Under the pieces are notes generated by a model that was given only the letters and a program-made list of their open reading frames with translations, had not been told where the DNA came from and did no database searches. The position numbers were made by a program, and so were the translations under genes. This document shows, piece by piece, positions 52,501 to 64,000 of a stretch of DNA of 64,000 nt. Every line of letters begins with the position of its first letter. The stretch's first letter is position 1. This stretch comes from Macrostomum hystrix (lineage: Eukaryota > Animalia > Platyhelminthes): contig CATNEN010000029.1 in the NCBI GenBank assembly GCA_950097015.1, forward strand, positions 3,162,001 to 3,226,000. Reading direction: 5' to 3'.

Positions 52501-53404
52501 GAGATGAGACACGGGAGAGATGAGACACGGGAGAGATAAGACACGGGAGAGATGAGACACGGGAGAGATGAGACACGGGAGAGATGAGACAGGGGAGAGA
52601 TGAGACACGGGAGAGATAAGACACGGGAGAGATAAGACACGGGATAGATAAGACACGGGAGAGATGAGACACGGGAGAGATGAGACACGGGAGAGATGAG
52701 ACACGGGAGAGATGAGACACGGGAGAGATGAGACACGGGAGAGATAAGACACGGGAGAGATAAGACACGGGAGAGATAAGACACGGGAGAGATGAGACAC
52801 GGGAGAGATAAGACACGGGAGAGATAAGACACGGGAGAGATGAGACACGGGAGAGATGAGACAAGGGAGAGATGAGACACGGGAGAGATAAGACACGTGT
52901 CGCATACGGCCCGCAGTCTCAGGTTCGCCAATTCCTTGAATATCTAAGCAATGCGTTGCCAAACGAAGCATTTCAACACTACAGCTTTCACACCCCTCCC
53001 TCACGCCCCTATAGGCGTGAACAGCGAATCGAGTCTATTGTGCATGCCCAAGGGCTATATTCTTAGGAGAGCTAAGCTAGTCCCCCAATTTTTTTCCGGG
53101 GATTTCGAGTCGTGTATTTTTAGCTCTCATCAGTAGCCGACTCATTAGCCCCTTGCGATGACAGAGAGAGAGAGAGAGGATCATCTTGTGCAGTCTTCCT
53201 CAAACCCGGCTTAGGCTGCTCTCAGCCAAATCAATGTCTTCACACGCTTGTCCCCTTTTCTATCTCTCCCTGCCCCTGTTTTTACCTAAACCCCCGCCCC
53301 TGCTAACTCTTTTGACAATCGGCAGGAAAAAGTTCGACTGAATCAGTGAGCAAGCTCTGCCTGGCCAACCATGGATTGGATTCACGGCCAAAAACCTATG
53401 TCTG
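49557..53404 (-). CDS. 3' part of an uncharacterised gene; exons 53404-53308, 53034-52908, 52044-51892, 49660-49557
   Basis: The GT-AG junctions are phase-compatible (2>0>1>1) with no stops: RHRFLAVNPIHGWPGRAC...IVKR|TRFAVHAYRG...ETAG|RFRQRIL...SSSEK|IFPPPSARESE...YSHG*. No family recognised. Confidence 0.5.
49668..51630. repeat. 17-bp polypurine array GGAGGGGAGAG(G/T)AAGA(T/C), ~2 kb
   Basis: Direct reading. It is the source of the 724-aa and 665-aa Pro/Ser/Leu pseudo-ORFs. Confidence 0.97.
52072..52896. repeat. 16-bp array GAGACACGGGAGAGAT (~50 copies)
   Basis: Same consensus as 33555-33840. Confidence 0.97.
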
Positions 53405-53632
53405 CTGGGTAAAATGTCACTTTAATTATTATCTATAGTAAATCAGTGAACTGAGGATCAGATATGCTTAGTAAATCTAGGTCGATTTACTGTGTTGACA
53501 ATAATAGGGTAGTATGCGGCGAGCCCTGAATCGGGTAATTTTGTCGGGTAAATCAAGACCAGAATAGGATTTGTACTTTAGACTAGCCTAGCTTCGCCTT
53601 GTACGAGCCGTAATAATAAGCATGCTCATGGC

Positions 53633-53690
53633 AGATGTACACAACTGTGGGAGTGTACGCTCAGGAGTCAGCGGAAAGGGCAGAGTTCCT
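53633..53690 (+). mobile_element. SINE family A body fragment abutting the 32-bp array
   Basis: AGATGTACACAACTGTGGGAGTGT...CTCAGGAGTCAGCGGAAAGGGCAGAG matches the other copies. Confidence 0.55.
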
Positions 53691-53691
53691 T

Positions 53692-54270
53692 AGATCCTGT
53701 CTATGGTCATTACCACTTTCCTCAGATCCTGTCTATGGTCATTACCACTTCCCCAAGATCCTGTCTATGGTCATTACCACTTCCCTCAGATCCTGTCTAT
53801 GGTCATTACCACTTCCCTCAGATCCTGTCTATGGTCATTACCACTTCCCTCAGATCCTGTCTATGGTCATTACCACTTCCCTCAGATCCTGTCTATGGTC
53901 ATTACCACTTCCCTCAGATCCTGTCTATGGTCATTACCACTTCCCTCAGATCCTGTCTATGGTCATTACCACTTCCCTCAGATCCTGTCTATGGTCATTA
54001 CCACTTCCCTCAGATCCTGTCTATGGTCATTACCACTTCCCTCAGACCCTGTCTATGGTCATTACCACTTCCCTCAGACCCTGTCTCTGGTCATTACCAC
54101 TTTCCTCAGATCCTGTCTATGGTCATTACCACTTCCCTCAGACCCTGTCTATGGTCATTACCACTTCCCTCAGACCCTGTCTATGGTCATTACCACTTTC
54201 CTCAGATCCTGTCTATGGTCATTACCACTTTCCTCAGATCCTGTCTATGGTCATTACCACTTCCCACAGA
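53692..54270. repeat. 32-bp array CAGATCCTGTCTATGGTCATTACCACTTCCCT
   Basis: ~18 copies. Confidence 0.97.
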
Positions 54271-55124
54271 TGGTCATGACCTCGCAGTTGCTAAAAATGG
54301 AATCTAACTGTACCCTTTGATTGTCAATCAAAAAATCAATCTTCAATTTCGTTTTTAGTGAAGTAATAGTGTAATCCGACATATGTAGTAAAGAGAAAAC
54401 GACATTGCTTTAAAAATGGTTTGAATTGTCCTGAAATTTGAAACTGCAGGTTTTTGAAACTTCTAACTTAATTTATTTTCTTCTGTACAAAAATCCACAG
54501 TAGAAGCTTTTCTATTGTTAAGCTACATAATTTTTATGAACAATTAATGAGAGCATAAAAAATTAGTATAGGGAGTTACAGAAAGCTTTTGTTTGTAGGA
54601 GTTGTCACTAATCAAAAGGAATAATGACTGCTTTTATCACTAGGAATGATGCACTTCCGCTGAATTATTTTTGCAAATGAGAAGAAACTAACTGAGGGCT
54701 GACAACACAGAGATAACACATTGAGCTGTGCTCAAAAACAGCTTCCCAATCCATTAGTTCGTAGCGGCGTAAAAATGTCGGTGAAATCTGTTATCTTCGA
54801 TCCGGAATTGCAATCCGCGATGAACAGTCTGGAAAAAGAGAAATTTAATGGAAACTAAAATCAATGATCTAGTTTAGCGACAATTGATTTCGAATAGAAC
54901 AGAGGAAAGCACTCTATTGCTGATCTGAGAAATACCAACTTGAAAGGCACTGAGAAGCAAAGGAAGAATAGTAGAAAAGCAAGGAAACTAGGATCTTCTG
55001 TTGCGAGGACACAACTTTTTGTTGCTACGATTTCGAATAAAAGGCAAGTGCGAACTGATCTACAAAATCAATAGGTTCTAATTTTAGTCTTCTAAAACCC
55101 ACTATGGCCATGACAGCTTCTTTA

Positions 55125-55470
55125 CTCAGATCCACTCTATGGCTATCCTTCCCTCACACAGATCCACTCTATGGCTCCTTCCCTCACACAGATCCACTCT
55201 ATGGCTCCTTCCCTCACACAGATCCACTCTATGGCTCCTTCCCTCACACAGATCCACTCTATGGCTATCCTTCCCTCACACAGATCCACTCTATGGGCAT
55301 AACCCTCTTCCCTCACTCAGATCCACTCTATGGCCATAACCCTCTTCCCTCACACAGATCCACTCTATGGCCGTAACCCTCTTACCTCACTCAGATCCAC
55401 TCTATGGCCATAACCCTCTTCCCTCACTCAGATCCACTCTATGGCCATGACCATCTTCTTCACTCAGATC
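55125..55470. repeat. 30-37-bp array CAGATCCACTCTATGG...TTCCCTCAC(A/T)
   Basis: ~11 variable copies, related to 53692-54270. Confidence 0.9.
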
Positions 55471-56062
55471 CTATCGGTGACCATGAACATATCCGTTTAG
55501 GTCCGCTAACATATCGTACAGTGTGCCTGTTCCTCAGGGCGCTGACACTCAGATACAGAGCAGGCAGGCAATAAGTACTATTCGGTTGAGTGCATTTTCT
55601 TGTATATAGTGTTCTCAGCACTGCTCAACCAAGCTCACTTCCTTACATCTTCATTCCTTCATAGGGCTATATAAACAGTCGCATAGTAGTTATCTGTCCC
55701 TCACTCCATAGTCATTCTATCTGGCGAGCTGCAAATTTATCAGCATCATGCACCAGCCATTGTCTCTATGACAGTTGATCTTTTCTTTCAAAGCCTGAGC
55801 CAGTGTCTTTTTTCATACACCCACACGCGCACAAGCGAACCCGATCTCACACGGAAGCTAAATAATCCATGGAAAAATCTCCCATCCCATTCGATTGCGT
55901 GACATCTACTATTCCAGTGTCGAATTCTTGGATTAACTTCAGCCCACGTGCCCTGTCTGCAGAAACCTTTGTTGCGACCTATTCTGTTCTGATCTGATGC
56001 TAAATAAGATTTAGAATAGGATATATCTACAGTATCGCGTGTCTGAGGTATTATATGTAATA

Positions 56063-56890
56063 CCTGAATCAAACTGCATCAGAATCCAGACACACCTGAA
56101 TCAAACTGCATCAGAATCCAGACACACCTGAATCAAACTGCATCAGAATCCAGACACACCTGAATCAAACTGCATCAGAATCCAGCCACACCTGAATCAA
56201 ACTGCATCAGAATCCAGCCACACCTGAATCAAACTGCATCAGAATCAAGACACACCTGAATCAAACTGCATCAGAATCCAGACACACCTGAATCAAACTG
56301 CATCAGAATCCAGACACACCTGAATCAAACTGCATCAGAATCCAGACACACCTGAATCAAACTGCATCAGAATCCAGCCACACCTGAATCAAACTGCATC
56401 AGAATCCAGCCACACCTGAATCAAACTGCATCAGAATCCAGACACACCTGAATCAAACTGCATCAGAATCCAGACACACCTGAATCAAACTGCATCAGAA
56501 TCCAGACACACCTGAATCAAACTGCATCAGAATCCAGACACACCTGAATCAAACTGCATCAGAATCCAGACACACCTGAATCAAACTGCATCAGAATCCA
56601 GGCACACCTGAATCAAACTGCATCAGAATCCAGACACACCTGAATCAAACTGCATCAGAATCCAGCCATGCCTGAATCAAACTGCATCAGAATCCAGCCA
56701 TGCCTGAATCAAACTGCATCAGAATCCAGCCACACCTGAATCAAACTGCATCAGAATCCAGCCACACCTGAATCAAACTGCATCAGAATCCAAACACACC
56801 TGAATCAAACTGCATCAGAATCCAGACACACCTGAATCAAACTGCATCAGAATCCAAACACACCTGAATCAAACTGCATCAGAATCCAGC
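56063..56890. repeat. 32-bp array CACCTGAATCAAACTGCATCAGAATCCAG(A/C)CA
   Basis: ~26 copies. Confidence 0.97.
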
Positions 56891-56918
56891 ATTGCCCGAT
56901 GGCTGGTCGAAGCTGTCA

Positions 56919-59011
56919 TCAGCCAGCCGACTCATCCCGAGCCGTCAGTTTTGTCAGCGCCTCCTTCGCTTCCGCGTCTACTCCGCCTTCGCCGCCGCCG
57001 CCCTGCTGCCGCAGACTCTCCTTCCTGATGGACAGGGCTCTCTCACGCTGCTCAACCAGCTGTCTCTGGTAGCAATCTTCGTCGGCGGCCTTCTCACGCT
57101 TCTGACGCCGCCGCACTTTTCGCTGATCGAAGTAGCGGCACAGGCAGAACAATGTGACCACAAATACAATGCCCAGACCGATCTCCAGGAACACCCACGC
57201 TTGGCCAGGCCTCATAGCTGCACTGCTGAGAACGGGAGAGAGTGATGGGATAGATAGGCTGGGGTGAGAGAGATGCGATAGATAGGCTGGGGTGAGAGAG
57301 ATGCGATAGATAGGCTGGGGTGAGAGAGATGGGATAGATAGGCTGGGGTGAGAGAGATGCGATAGATAGGCTGGGGTGAGAGAGATGCGATAGATAGGCT
57401 GGGGTGAGAGAGATGGGATAGATAGGCTGGGGTGAGAGAGATGCGATAGATAGGCTGGGGTGAGAGAGATGCGATAGATAGGCTGGGGTGAGAGAGATGC
57501 GATAGATAGGCTGGGGTGAGAGAGATGCGATAGATAGGCTGGGGTGAGAGAGATGCGATAGATAGGCTGGGGTGAGAGAGATGCGATAGATAGGCTGGGG
57601 TGAGAGAGATGCGATAGATAGGCTGGGGTGAGAGAGATGGGATAGATAGGCTGGGGTGAGAGAGATGCGATAGATAGGCTGGGGTGAGAGAGATGCGATA
57701 GATAGGCTGGGGTGAGAGAGATGGGATAGATAGGCTGGGGTGAGAGAGATGCGATAGATAGGCTGGGGTGAGAGAGATGGGATAGATAGGCTGGGGTGAG
57801 AGAGATGCGATAGATAGGCTGGGGTGAGAGAGATGCGATAGATAGGCTGGAGTGAGAGAGATGCGATAGATAGGCTGGGGTGAGAGAGATGGGATAGATA
57901 GGCTGGGGTGAGAGAGATGGGATAGATAGGCTGGGGTGAGAGAGATGCGATGGATAGGCTGGGGTGAGAGAGATGCGATAGATAGGCTGGGGTGAGAGAG
58001 ATGCGATAGATAGGCTGGGGTGAGAGAGATGCGATAGATAGGCTGGGGTAAGAGAGACGGGATGGATAGGCTGGGGTGAGAGAGATGCGATAGGCTGGGG
58101 TAAGAGAGACGGGATGGATAGGCTGGGGTAAGAGAGACGGGATGGATAGGCTGGGGTAAGAGAGACGGGATGGATAGGCTGGGGTAAGAGAGACGGGATG
58201 GATAGGCTGGGGTAAGAGAGACGGGATGGATAGGCTGGGGTAAGAGAGACGGGATAGATAGGCTGGGGTAAGAGAGACGGGATGGATAGGCTGGGGTAAG
58301 AGAGACGGGATGGATAGGCTGGGGTAAGAGAGACGGGATAGATAGGGGGTGAGAGAGACGGGATGGATTGGCTGGGGTAAGAGAGACGGGATAGATAGGC
58401 TGGGGTAAGAGAGACGGGATAGATAGGCTGGGGTAAGAGAGACGGGATGGATAGGCTGGGGTAAGAGAGACGGGATAGATAGGGGGTGAGAGAGATGGAA
58501 TAGATAGGGGGTGAGAGAGATGGGATAGATGGCTGGGGTGAGAGTGATGGGATAGATGGCTGGGGTGAGAGAGATGGGATAGATAGGGGGTGAGAGAGAT
58601 GGAATAGATAGGGGGTGAGAGAGATAGGATAGATAGCGGGTGAGAGAGAAGGAGTAGAGAGGCTGGGGTGAGAGGATGTAAGAGGAAGAATTGATGACTG
58701 AGAGGGTCGAGTTGACATATCGATTAGAGTAAGGTGGGTTTGTCGATGAATTGTGTGACAAATCGCTAAATTTACTGTAAAGTAGGATTATCTGCGCCAA
58801 TGTTTAGCAACACAGGCAATAAACAGGCCAATCTATTTGAGTTGGTAATTTTCCGGTCGAAGGAAATGTAAACACGAGGCGTAAGACCCTGTCAAAGAGA
58901 TGAGCAGATTTTGAGGAAAAAGTGAAAATTTCTAGCAGCAACTCACCAAACGGCGTGTTAGTATATAATTAGCTGATTTGTTTTTGCTTAGTCTCTGAGT
59001 CCCCTCGGGTT
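56919..59011 (-). CDS. 3' part of a single-pass membrane protein gene; exons 59011-58947, 58888-58776, 57222-56919
   Basis: A 58-nt GTGAGT..GACAG intron and a GTAAAT..CAGCAG intron keep the frame. The hydrophobic helix AWVFLEIGLGIVFVVTLFCLC is followed by the basic stop-transfer RYFDQRKVRRRQKR. 5' exons were not found. Confidence 0.55.
57240..58670. repeat. 28-bp intronic array GATAGGCTGGGGT(G/A)AGAGAGA(T/C)G(C/G)GATA
   Basis: ~50 copies, ending ~17 nt from the acceptor at 57223. Confidence 0.97.
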
Positions 59012-59449
59012 CTGGTTAGCCCTTCAATAGCAGATTAGCTATACTAGTGTCCTGCAAAATGTCGCCTCAAATCCTTGCTTTCTGTCTAGCTCCGTCTTCT
59101 ATGTTATTTTAAAGCGAGCCCTCAGTCATCCGGCCTGCGCCTAATCCGTGTGTCTCCAGCCAGTCCCGTCCCTGAAAGTTCTTTGGCTATCGAGCAGCGG
59201 TGTAATTGGTGGATAGCTGCGGAGACAGTCGGGGGATGGGGATTTGGATCTAGGGATTTGGTAGCAGGTCAGTGAGTTTGGCCAATATCGGTGGAGTCTG
59301 AAATGCAGCTAGCAACAGACAATACGTAGCAGGCACAGATGAAACTTGAGAAGAGGAAAAAAGTTGGGATTTTTAGATAGACTTAAAATTTTCTGTTTTA
59401 CGAGTAGTGAAACACAATGCTAATGCGATGGAAACTCATCCATTGAAAA

Positions 59450-60125
59450 AGAGAGTGACCGAATGGGAAAGAGAGTGACAGACTTAAGGAAAGAGTGACA
59501 AAATTAGAAAAAGAGTGACAGAATTAGAGAAAGAGTGACATAATTTGGAAAAGAGTGACATAATTAGGAAGAGTGGCAGAATTAGGAAAAGTAGCAGAAT
59601 TAGGAAAAGAGTGACAGAATCTGGAAAATAGTGACACAATTAGGAAAAGAGTGACAGAATTAGGAAAAGAGTGACAGTATTGGGAAAAGAGTGACAGAAT
59701 TAGGAAAAGAGTGACAGAATTAGGAAAAGAGTGACAGAATCTGGAAAATAGTGACACAATTAGGAAAAGAGTGACACAATTAGGAAAAGAGTGACAGAAT
59801 CTGGAAAATATTGACACAATTAGGAAAAGAGTGACACAATTAGGAAAAGAGTGACACAATTAGGAAAAGAGTGACAGAATCTGGAAAATAGTGACACAAT
59901 TAGGAAAAGAGTGACACAATTAGGAAAAGAGTGACAGAATCTGGAAAATAGTGACACAATTAGGAAAAGAGTGACACAATTAGGAAAAGAGTGACACAAT
60001 TAGGAAAAGAGTGACACAATTAGGAAAATAGTGACACAATTAGGAAAAGAGTGACACAATTAGGAAAAGAGTGACAGAATCTGGAAAATATTGACACAAT
60101 TAGGAAAAGAGTGACAGAATTAGAC
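59450..60125. repeat. 20-bp array AGGAAAAGAGTGACA(C/G)AATT
   Basis: ~33 copies. Confidence 0.95.
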
Positions 60126-60544
60126 AGAATTTGGGAAAGAGATTACACTTTATTAGAAACGGATGCTGTTAAGAAAAATAAGAGAAGGCCAAGTTAAACT
60201 AAGAACAACAAACAATATAGAGAAACAGGCTGTGTGAGGCTCTCTCGTTGGGTCCCTATAGCTGCTATGGCTTGGTGATGAAGGTGTGGGATAATAACAT
60301 ACGCAGATTCTCAGCTGTGCCCCGGGGCAGTCTGTTCACAAACAACCAAAGGGATCAGAGCAGTTTTCTCGATGAGAAACCTGCTATAGAACGCCCTGCA
60401 GTGCTACGGAACACAATGTTAATTAGTGGCTTTTGAGCAGGGACTCGAAGTTGGGATAAAACGAATGCAATGCGATCACTGCTCGAACTGTTATGGAAAT
60501 AATTTCACGAATGAGTGACTCCATATTTTATAACTGTGGTGATT

Positions 60545-61030
60545 ATCACTATTAATTATCCGTGAATCAAGGGACTCGATATCCGTGAATGAAGAAGATG
60601 AATATTTGCGAATTAAGTGGATCGATATCCATGAAGTGTTTATCGACATTCACGACTAAAGGATCGATATCATATCCGTGAATGCAGTGGATCGATATTT
60701 GTGAATGCAGTGGATCGATATCCGTGAATGTAGTGGATCGATATTTACGACTAAAGGATCGATATCATATCGATTCACTACATCCGTGAATGTAGTGAAT
60801 CGAATTCGCGAATGTAGTGAATCAATATCCGTGAATGTAGTGAATCAATATCCGTGAATGTAGTAAATCAATATCCGTGAATGTAGTGGATGGATATCAT
60901 ATCAGTGACTGCAGTGAATCAATATCCATGAATGCAGTTGATCGATATCAGTGAATGTAGTGAGTCAATATCAGTGGATGCAGTGAGTCAATATCCGTGA
61001 ATACAGTGAGTCAATATCCGTGAATGCAGT
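60545..61030. repeat. Degenerate ~22-24-bp array (GATATCCGTGAATG(T/C)AGTG(A/G)ATC)
   Basis: Old, diverged periodicity. Confidence 0.8.
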
Positions 61031-61790
61031 GTGACTACACACACGGAAGTGTGCTCAACAGCTCAAAAAAGCATGTACGAGAATCCGTGACAAACATTAG
61101 AGAATAGGCAGTTGAGCACGAACGGAGCAATGTCGCCAGTGGAAGCGGGTGCTGGCGGGAAATAAGTGAACAAAATGACGCTTAATTAATCGAATCAAGT
61201 CCTGGTCCGGGGCCGCATAAATTACAGGCGGCAGGACACGCAACCCAGGCCTCATATGAAGAGAAGGGAGAAAAACCATACACGAGGGGAGCTGGGATCG
61301 CACGAACCGATGGGAATCAAGTTGAGTAATTTCTCCTATAGGGGATTCGTGTGTAAATCTTGGTCTTTACTGCACCTAGCTACAAACTAAAAGAAGAATT
61401 TCCGCGACATTACTGCATGATATTAGAAGGCATAATTTACCATTCCATGTGATTTTCATCCCTAATAACACATTAAATGAGCGGAATTCGGTTGTTAGTT
61501 CAGTTTTGTTTAACTAATATAAGAAAAAAACTTTCTCAATAACAATAATCCATCAAAGCACTATTGAGTCAGTTGAAAAATATTTTTTATTCCACAGAAA
61601 ACGAACCGACAAATCTTAACTAGCCAAGTTCTTTCGTTCACTCTCTTGAAGCTTTCCAGTGTATTTCGGCGTGTAAAGATGTTTACAAGAAAAACAGAAC
61701 AACTTCCTGGTTTCGCAGAGTCCAATTCATTCGTTCTTTAAATGTCAACTTTCCAACGATGATCGCCAGCAAATCTGCCATTCAATTGGT

Positions 61791-62798
61791 TCAGGGCATC
61801 TCGGCAACCTGCAAAAGGTTAAGAATAGAGAAATTCCTAGTTTTAACGTAACAAAATAAAAGTACAAGCACAGCTAATGTGCCCGAGACAGCATAACATC
61901 GGCAACTATTCAAAGAACTTGCAAACCGTTCTACTTGCAGTAGCTTACATATATTATTATATTCAACAGACTGAAATTACCCGAAGATAAAACATCTGCT
62001 TGGGGCACATTGTTTTCTCTGCTGCTTGGGTGATATTGGTTTTTCTGCTGCTTGAGTGATATTGGTTGTCTGCTGCTTGGGGGACATTGTTTTCTCTGCT
62101 GCTTGGGGGACATTGGTTGTCTGCTGCTTGTGGGACATTGGTTATCTGCTGCTTGTGGGACATTGGTTATCTGCTGCTTGGGTGATATTGGTTTTTCTGC
62201 TGCTTGAGTGATATTGGCTGTCTGCTGCTTGGGGGACATTGTTTTCTCTGCTGCTTGGGGGACATTCGTTGTCTGCTGCTTGGGGGACATTGGTTATCTG
62301 CTGCTTGTGGGACATTGGTTTGTCTGCTGCTTGGGGGACATTGGTTATCTGCTGCTTGTGGGAAATTGCTTGTCTGCTTGTTGAGGGACATCGGCTCTCT
62401 GCTTCTGGGGATGCGGATAATTTTCAGTTTTTGTGTAAAGAGCTAGCGCTCACCGTAGCGCCAATGTTCATGTCCAATGCCTTGAGCATCTCGCTGGTGA
62501 TTGGATCAATCTCAAGATCGGTGTCCAAAGCTGACACGTCCGGTACATAGTTGTCCCTCCTCTCGCGCTCCTCCTCCTGCAGCTTGATGGAGATGCCGCG
62601 CACCGGGCCGCGCTGGATTCGCTTCATCAGGTGGGTGACAAAGCCGGCAATTTGGTTGCGCAGCCGTTTGGAAGGGATCAGGGCGACCTCCTCGCAGACG
62701 CGCTTGTTAGTGTGAAAGTCACTACCCAGTCGGGTGTAGTACTTCTCAATGATCACCCGAGACGCTTTCTTAACAGTCTTGGTGCGAACACGGCCCAT
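61791..62798 (-). CDS. RPS17: 40S ribosomal protein S17 (eS17), ~120 aa; exons 62798-62454 and 61808-61791
   Basis: [24 protein letters not shown]...[40 protein letters not shown]. The GTGAGC donor at 62453 and TTTTGCAG acceptor at 61809 add VAEMP*. Confidence 0.97.
61992..62395. repeat. ~23-bp array GGGACATTG(G/T)TT..CTGCTGCTTG in the RPS17 intron
   Basis: Direct reading. Confidence 0.93.
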
Positions 62799-63439
62799 GG
62801 TTTGATTGAAGGAAGTCGGCTACAGCTGCGAATAGATAAGGGATGTTGTAATCTAAGTTATTAGTAACTTAAAAGTACTTTTTGTGCCTTCAATACCAAA
62901 TTTAATGAATAAAACAGATCTTAGTTCAATTATTTCTTGTAGATTATATTCTAAAGAAAACTTACAAAATATCTTAGTGTACTAATTTGTCTAAATGGGG
63001 ATGATTTTCAAATTTTCTAATTCAGTGCAGATATCTAAAAAAATCTGGTATATATACAATCTATGGGTAAAGTGTAGGAGCAATCATCACTTACACATCA
63101 TAGGGGATGTCTCTTTACCAGATAGTAGACAATGGCTAGTTAGTTTTTTGAGTAATTGATTTAAAATGAGCTTTTTATTTTTTAAGTTCAATGATTTTAC
63201 TAGCCATCTTAAGTTGACTAAACAGCTTATTTGAAAGCTAATATTTTCTTTTGTGGACTCCACTACTGTGAGTTGGTAAAAAGGACACTCGCAAAAGTTT
63301 AAATGAGACAAAGTTCTTCTTTTGGTAGGCATTAAATATATTTCTAAAAGTCATTATATAGTTCTATTAACTAGAGGTAAACTGGCATTGTCCTAGTTTC
63401 TTGCATCAAATTATTTTTACCTGAATTTTTTTAATCTCT

Positions 63440-63714
63440 ATGCATCTGACATGGCTGGCTGACCTAGAGTGCCATCAACAATCATTTCTGTCATGGATTT
63501 ACTGCCTGACCCAAATGAACCAACCCTACACACCAACATCATTGAGGGAACCTGGGCACACTTCAAGGCAAAGTTTTGGTGCATGCATGTCACTAGCAAT
63601 GGCCTGTTCAAGTTGCACCTTAGTGAGTACCTCTGGTGGCGCCTCTATCTGGAAAAGACCTTTCTGCAACTTTCTCTACTGGGTTGCCTATTATTATGGC
63701 ATTTAATATGGTAG
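63440..63714 (+). mobile_element. Merlin/IS1595-like (ISXO2) transposase C-terminal remnant
   Basis: DPNEPTLHTNIIEGTWAHFK...LHLSEYLWWR resembles the HTNxIExxW..K / YLxEFxWR motifs. The N-terminal part is disrupted. Confidence 0.6.
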
Positions 63715-64000
63715 GGCCTAACATGAATGCCATGGATTGCCTTGTTTTACTTTGTTTCTTCTTGCCAATGAACTAAATGTCAAATCCTGCCCAAATCTTA
63801 AATAAAATTATTTAAAGAAAAAAATGTATACAAATATATACTGAACACTTTCCTATTGCTAACTTCCTATTTATCAGGCCTAATTGAAAATATTTTAGAA
63901 ATCTACTTTAGTTTGCAGCAGAAGCATTATATAGGGGCCTAATATATCTGTACTGTTGGCCTAAATAGAAACAACAAGCAGAATGATAGGCTATTTTTAA

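Overview
Eukaryotic (animal) genomic DNA with GC-rich, poly-Q-prone exons and AT-rich introns. The style suggests a Macrostomum-like flatworm, which is an inference only. Confidently recognised genes are Pcc1/LAGE3 (-), a class II ARF (-, 3 exons) head-to-head with OSBP (+, 8 exons, ~858 aa), an SLC16/MCT transporter (+, 5 exons) and RPS17 (-). I also built phase-consistent models for five unnamed genes: a diverged multi-RRM-like protein, a coiled-coil + death-domain protein, a probable cilia-associated protein with an X-box, a single-pass membrane protein, and a gene hidden between tandem arrays. The dominant feature is ~29 minisatellite arrays (units of ~8-54 bp, ~18 kb, ~28% of the window), nearly all with different units. 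Most fill introns to within a few tens of bases of the splice sites, and removing the array typically leaves a 60-200 nt intron. Mobile DNA includes a MITE cluster (a Mutator-like MITE with a 9-bp TSD, a 45-bp hAT-like mini-element with an 8-bp TSD, and a foldback family in two inverted copies), tRNA-derived SINEs, a LINE ORF2 remnant and a Merlin transposase remnant. All gene models are manual splice inferences without transcript or database evidence.
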